Assembly (NCBI GenBank): GCA_963809895.1
Contig: CAWELD010000003.1
Coordinates: 800,001 to 864,000 of the forward strand
Origin: an uncultured Gemmatimonadales bacterium
Lineage (GTDB): Bacteria > Gemmatimonadota > Gemmatimonadetes > Longimicrobiales > Gaopeijiaceae
Reading direction: 5' to 3'
Length of the DNA stretch: 64,000 nucleotides
Shown: positions 62,318 through 64,000 of the stretch, one piece after another
Numbering within the stretch: the stretch's first letter is position 1
How the letters are laid out: every line of letters starts with the position of its first letter
The notes under the pieces: model-generated
Told to the model about the DNA's origin: nothing
Seen by the model: only the letters and a program-made list of their open reading frames with translations
The model's database searches: none
Made by a program: the position numbers and the translations under genes

Positions 62318-63457
62318 CCGCTCGGCTGCCCGCTCCAGCGTCTCGAGCCGCTTGCAGAAGGCGAAGCGCACCAGCGAGCGGCCACGATCCGCCTCCGAGA
62401 AGAAGCTCGACCCGGGGACCGGCGCGACGCCGCCCTCCCGGGCCAGGCGACGGCTGAAGGACGTGTCGTCCTCGTCGGACAGTGCCGAGAAGTCGGCCAA
62501 CACGTAGTAGGCCCCCTGGGGGGGACGGGCCCCGAAGCCCGCGGCCGTGAGGCCCTGCATGAGCACGTCACGCCGGGCCCGATACTCGTTTCGCATGGTC
62601 TCGTAGTAGTCCGGCCCGAGTTGCTCGAAGGCCGTGGCCACCGCTTCCTGCAGCGGCGCCGGCGCACCCACGGTGAGAAAGTCGTGGACCTTGCGAATGG
62701 CGTTCGTGAGCTCTGCCGGGGCTACCACGGTGCCCACCCGCCATCCGGTGACGGCGAAGGTCTTGGAGGCGCCACTGACGGTCACGGTGCGCTCGGCCAT
62801 GCCCGGAAGCGTCGCCAGCGGGACGTGGCGCCCCTCGTACAGGATGTACTCGTAGATCTCGTCGGTGACGGCGATGACATCGTGCCGGCGACAGACCCGT
62901 GCCACCGCCTCCAGCTCGTCGCGGTCGAACACCCGCCCGGTGGGGTTGTTGGGGGTGTTCAGCACGATGGCTTTCGTGCGCCCGCTCACGAGACTCTCGA
63001 GTCGGGCGCCGTCCAGCCGGTACGCCGGGGGCTCGAGGGTGAGAAAGACCGGGCGGGCGCCGCACAGCACCGCGTCGGGACCGTAGTTCTCGTAGAAGGG
63101 CTCGGGCACCACGACCTCGTCGCCCGGGTCCACCAGCGCCATGAGCACGGCGGCCATGGCTTCGGTGGCCCCGCACGTCACCACGATGTCCCGCTCCGGA
63201 TCCACCGCCATGCCGTAGCGCTCCGCGTACCGGTCCGCCAGCGCCCGGCGCAGGCGTGGCGCGCCCCAGGTGATGGCGTACTGGTTCACGTCGCCCCGGA
63301 TGGCGGCACAGGCGGCCTCCTTGATGACCGCCGGAGCCGGAAAATCGGGAAAGCCCTGGGCCAGGTTGATGGCGTCGTGCTCCCGGGCGACCCGCGTCAT
63401 CTCGCGAATCACCGATTCCGTGAAGGTGTCTGTGCGGGCGGCGACGGAGGGGGTCAA
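62288..63457 (-). CDS. Class I/II PLP-dependent aminotransferase
   Basis: INLAQGFPDF, NTPNNPTG, DEIYE, SKTFAVTGWRVG, RFAFCK; TTG start after GAGGAG. Confidence 0.93.
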   Translation of the reverse strand: MTPSVAARTDTFTESVIREMTRVAREHDAINLAQGFPDFPAPAVIKEAACAAIRGDVNQYAITWGAPRLRRALADRYAERYGMAVDPERDIVVTCGATEAMAAVLMALVDPGDEVVVPEPFYENYGPDAVLCGARPVFLTLEPPAYRLDGARLESLVSGRTKAIVLNTPNNPTGRVFDRDELEAVARVCRRHDVIAVTDEIYEYILYEGRHVPLATLPGMAERTVTVSGASKTFAVTGWRVGTVVAPAELTNAIRKVHDFLTVGAPAPLQEAVATAFEQLGPDYYETMRNEYRARRDVLMQGLTAAGFGARPPQGAYYVLADFSALSDEDDTSFSRRLAREGGVAPVPGSSFFSEADRGRSLVRFAFCKRLETLERAAERLRAFAAAGG

Positions 63458-63619
63458 GGCGGCTCCTCGGGTAGGCGGGTCGAGTGGGGGAGTCTGGGGG
63501 AGGGCGCACGGCCGTGCAACGGGCACCTCGCCGGGGTCGTGGTGGGTAGCCCCGCACCCCTCGTCGCACGTACCTTGCCTCGCTCTGGACTCCCCGCGCC
63601 TCCAACCAGGTCCATCGAC

Positions 63620-64000
63620 GTGCGTGTGGAATTGCCCCTGCTGGCGCCCCTGGTCCTGGCGGCGCATCTGGTGCTCGCCGGGCCGCTGGCGGCGCAAGCG
63701 CCTTTGACCGTGGAGGCCCGCGGGGGCATCCTGGCTCCGATCGGGGGATTCCGGACGGGTCCGGAACGGGGCGGGGCCCTGGGGTCGGGCGCTTCGTTCG
63801 GCGTCCAGTTCGCGCTGGAGAGGAGCGATGGGCGCCACCTGTACCTGGGGTTCAGCCAGCATCGGGTGGACTGCGGTGACGACGGATGCGGTGGTGAGGG
63901 GTTGTACGTGTCGACGGCGTGGGACGGCGGGCTGCGCTGGGACCTGGGGTCCGGTGCATCGGTGCCCTGGATCCGCCTCGGGGTCACCATTCCCCGGGTG
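63620..64000 (+). CDS. Exported beta-barrel-like protein (3' truncated by window edge)
   Basis: Open frame VRVELPLLAPLVLAAHLVLAGPLAAQAPLTVEARGG...SFGVQFAL...LYLGFSQHR to the window end; absent from the ORF track because it has no stop. Confidence 0.6.
   Translation, partial: MRVELPLLAPLVLAAHLVLAGPLAAQAPLTVEARGGILAPIGGFRTGPERGGALGSGASFGVQFALERSDGRHLYLGFSQHRVDCGDDGCGGEGLYVSTAWDGGLRWDLGSGASVPWIRLGVTIPRV

Overview
Very GC-rich bacterial chromosome segment. Gene content and order suggest Gemmatimonadota, possibly Longimicrobiales-like (inference only). 1-14 kb is a housekeeping run: pheS(partial)-pheT-zapB-like-zapA-rny-folD-xseA-xseB-ispA-dxs-nadK-recN. A consensus sigma70 promoter drives tRNA-Gly(GCC) and tRNA-Cys(GCA). 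The tRNA-Cys 3' half is duplicated 6.26 kb downstream, bounding an integrase-less islet (Cys/His-rich secreted protein, Oar-like TonB-dependent receptor, Ig-like lipoprotein, beta-propeller lipoprotein). Next come a truncated alpha/beta hydrolase, two tandem six-cysteine secreted peptides, three ADOP permeases with a PadR, an amidohydrolase, a paralogous TBDR/lipoprotein pair, two ECF sigma/anti-sigma triads, a hut cluster, a short Rho, tesA/ybbA/ybbP, a HEAT + HD-GYP pair and an aminotransferase. Strongest signals not shown by the ORF track: (1) an AhpD-like CxxU selenoprotein with a SECIS-like hairpin coupled to hutH; (2) the paired six-Cys ...TDCGVQ peptides; (3) four copies of an intergenic element with fixed 35/61/~61-nt motif spacing; (4) a ~160-nt structured RNA candidate upstream of rho. 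Five genes each carry one extra base, most likely sequencing or assembly errors.
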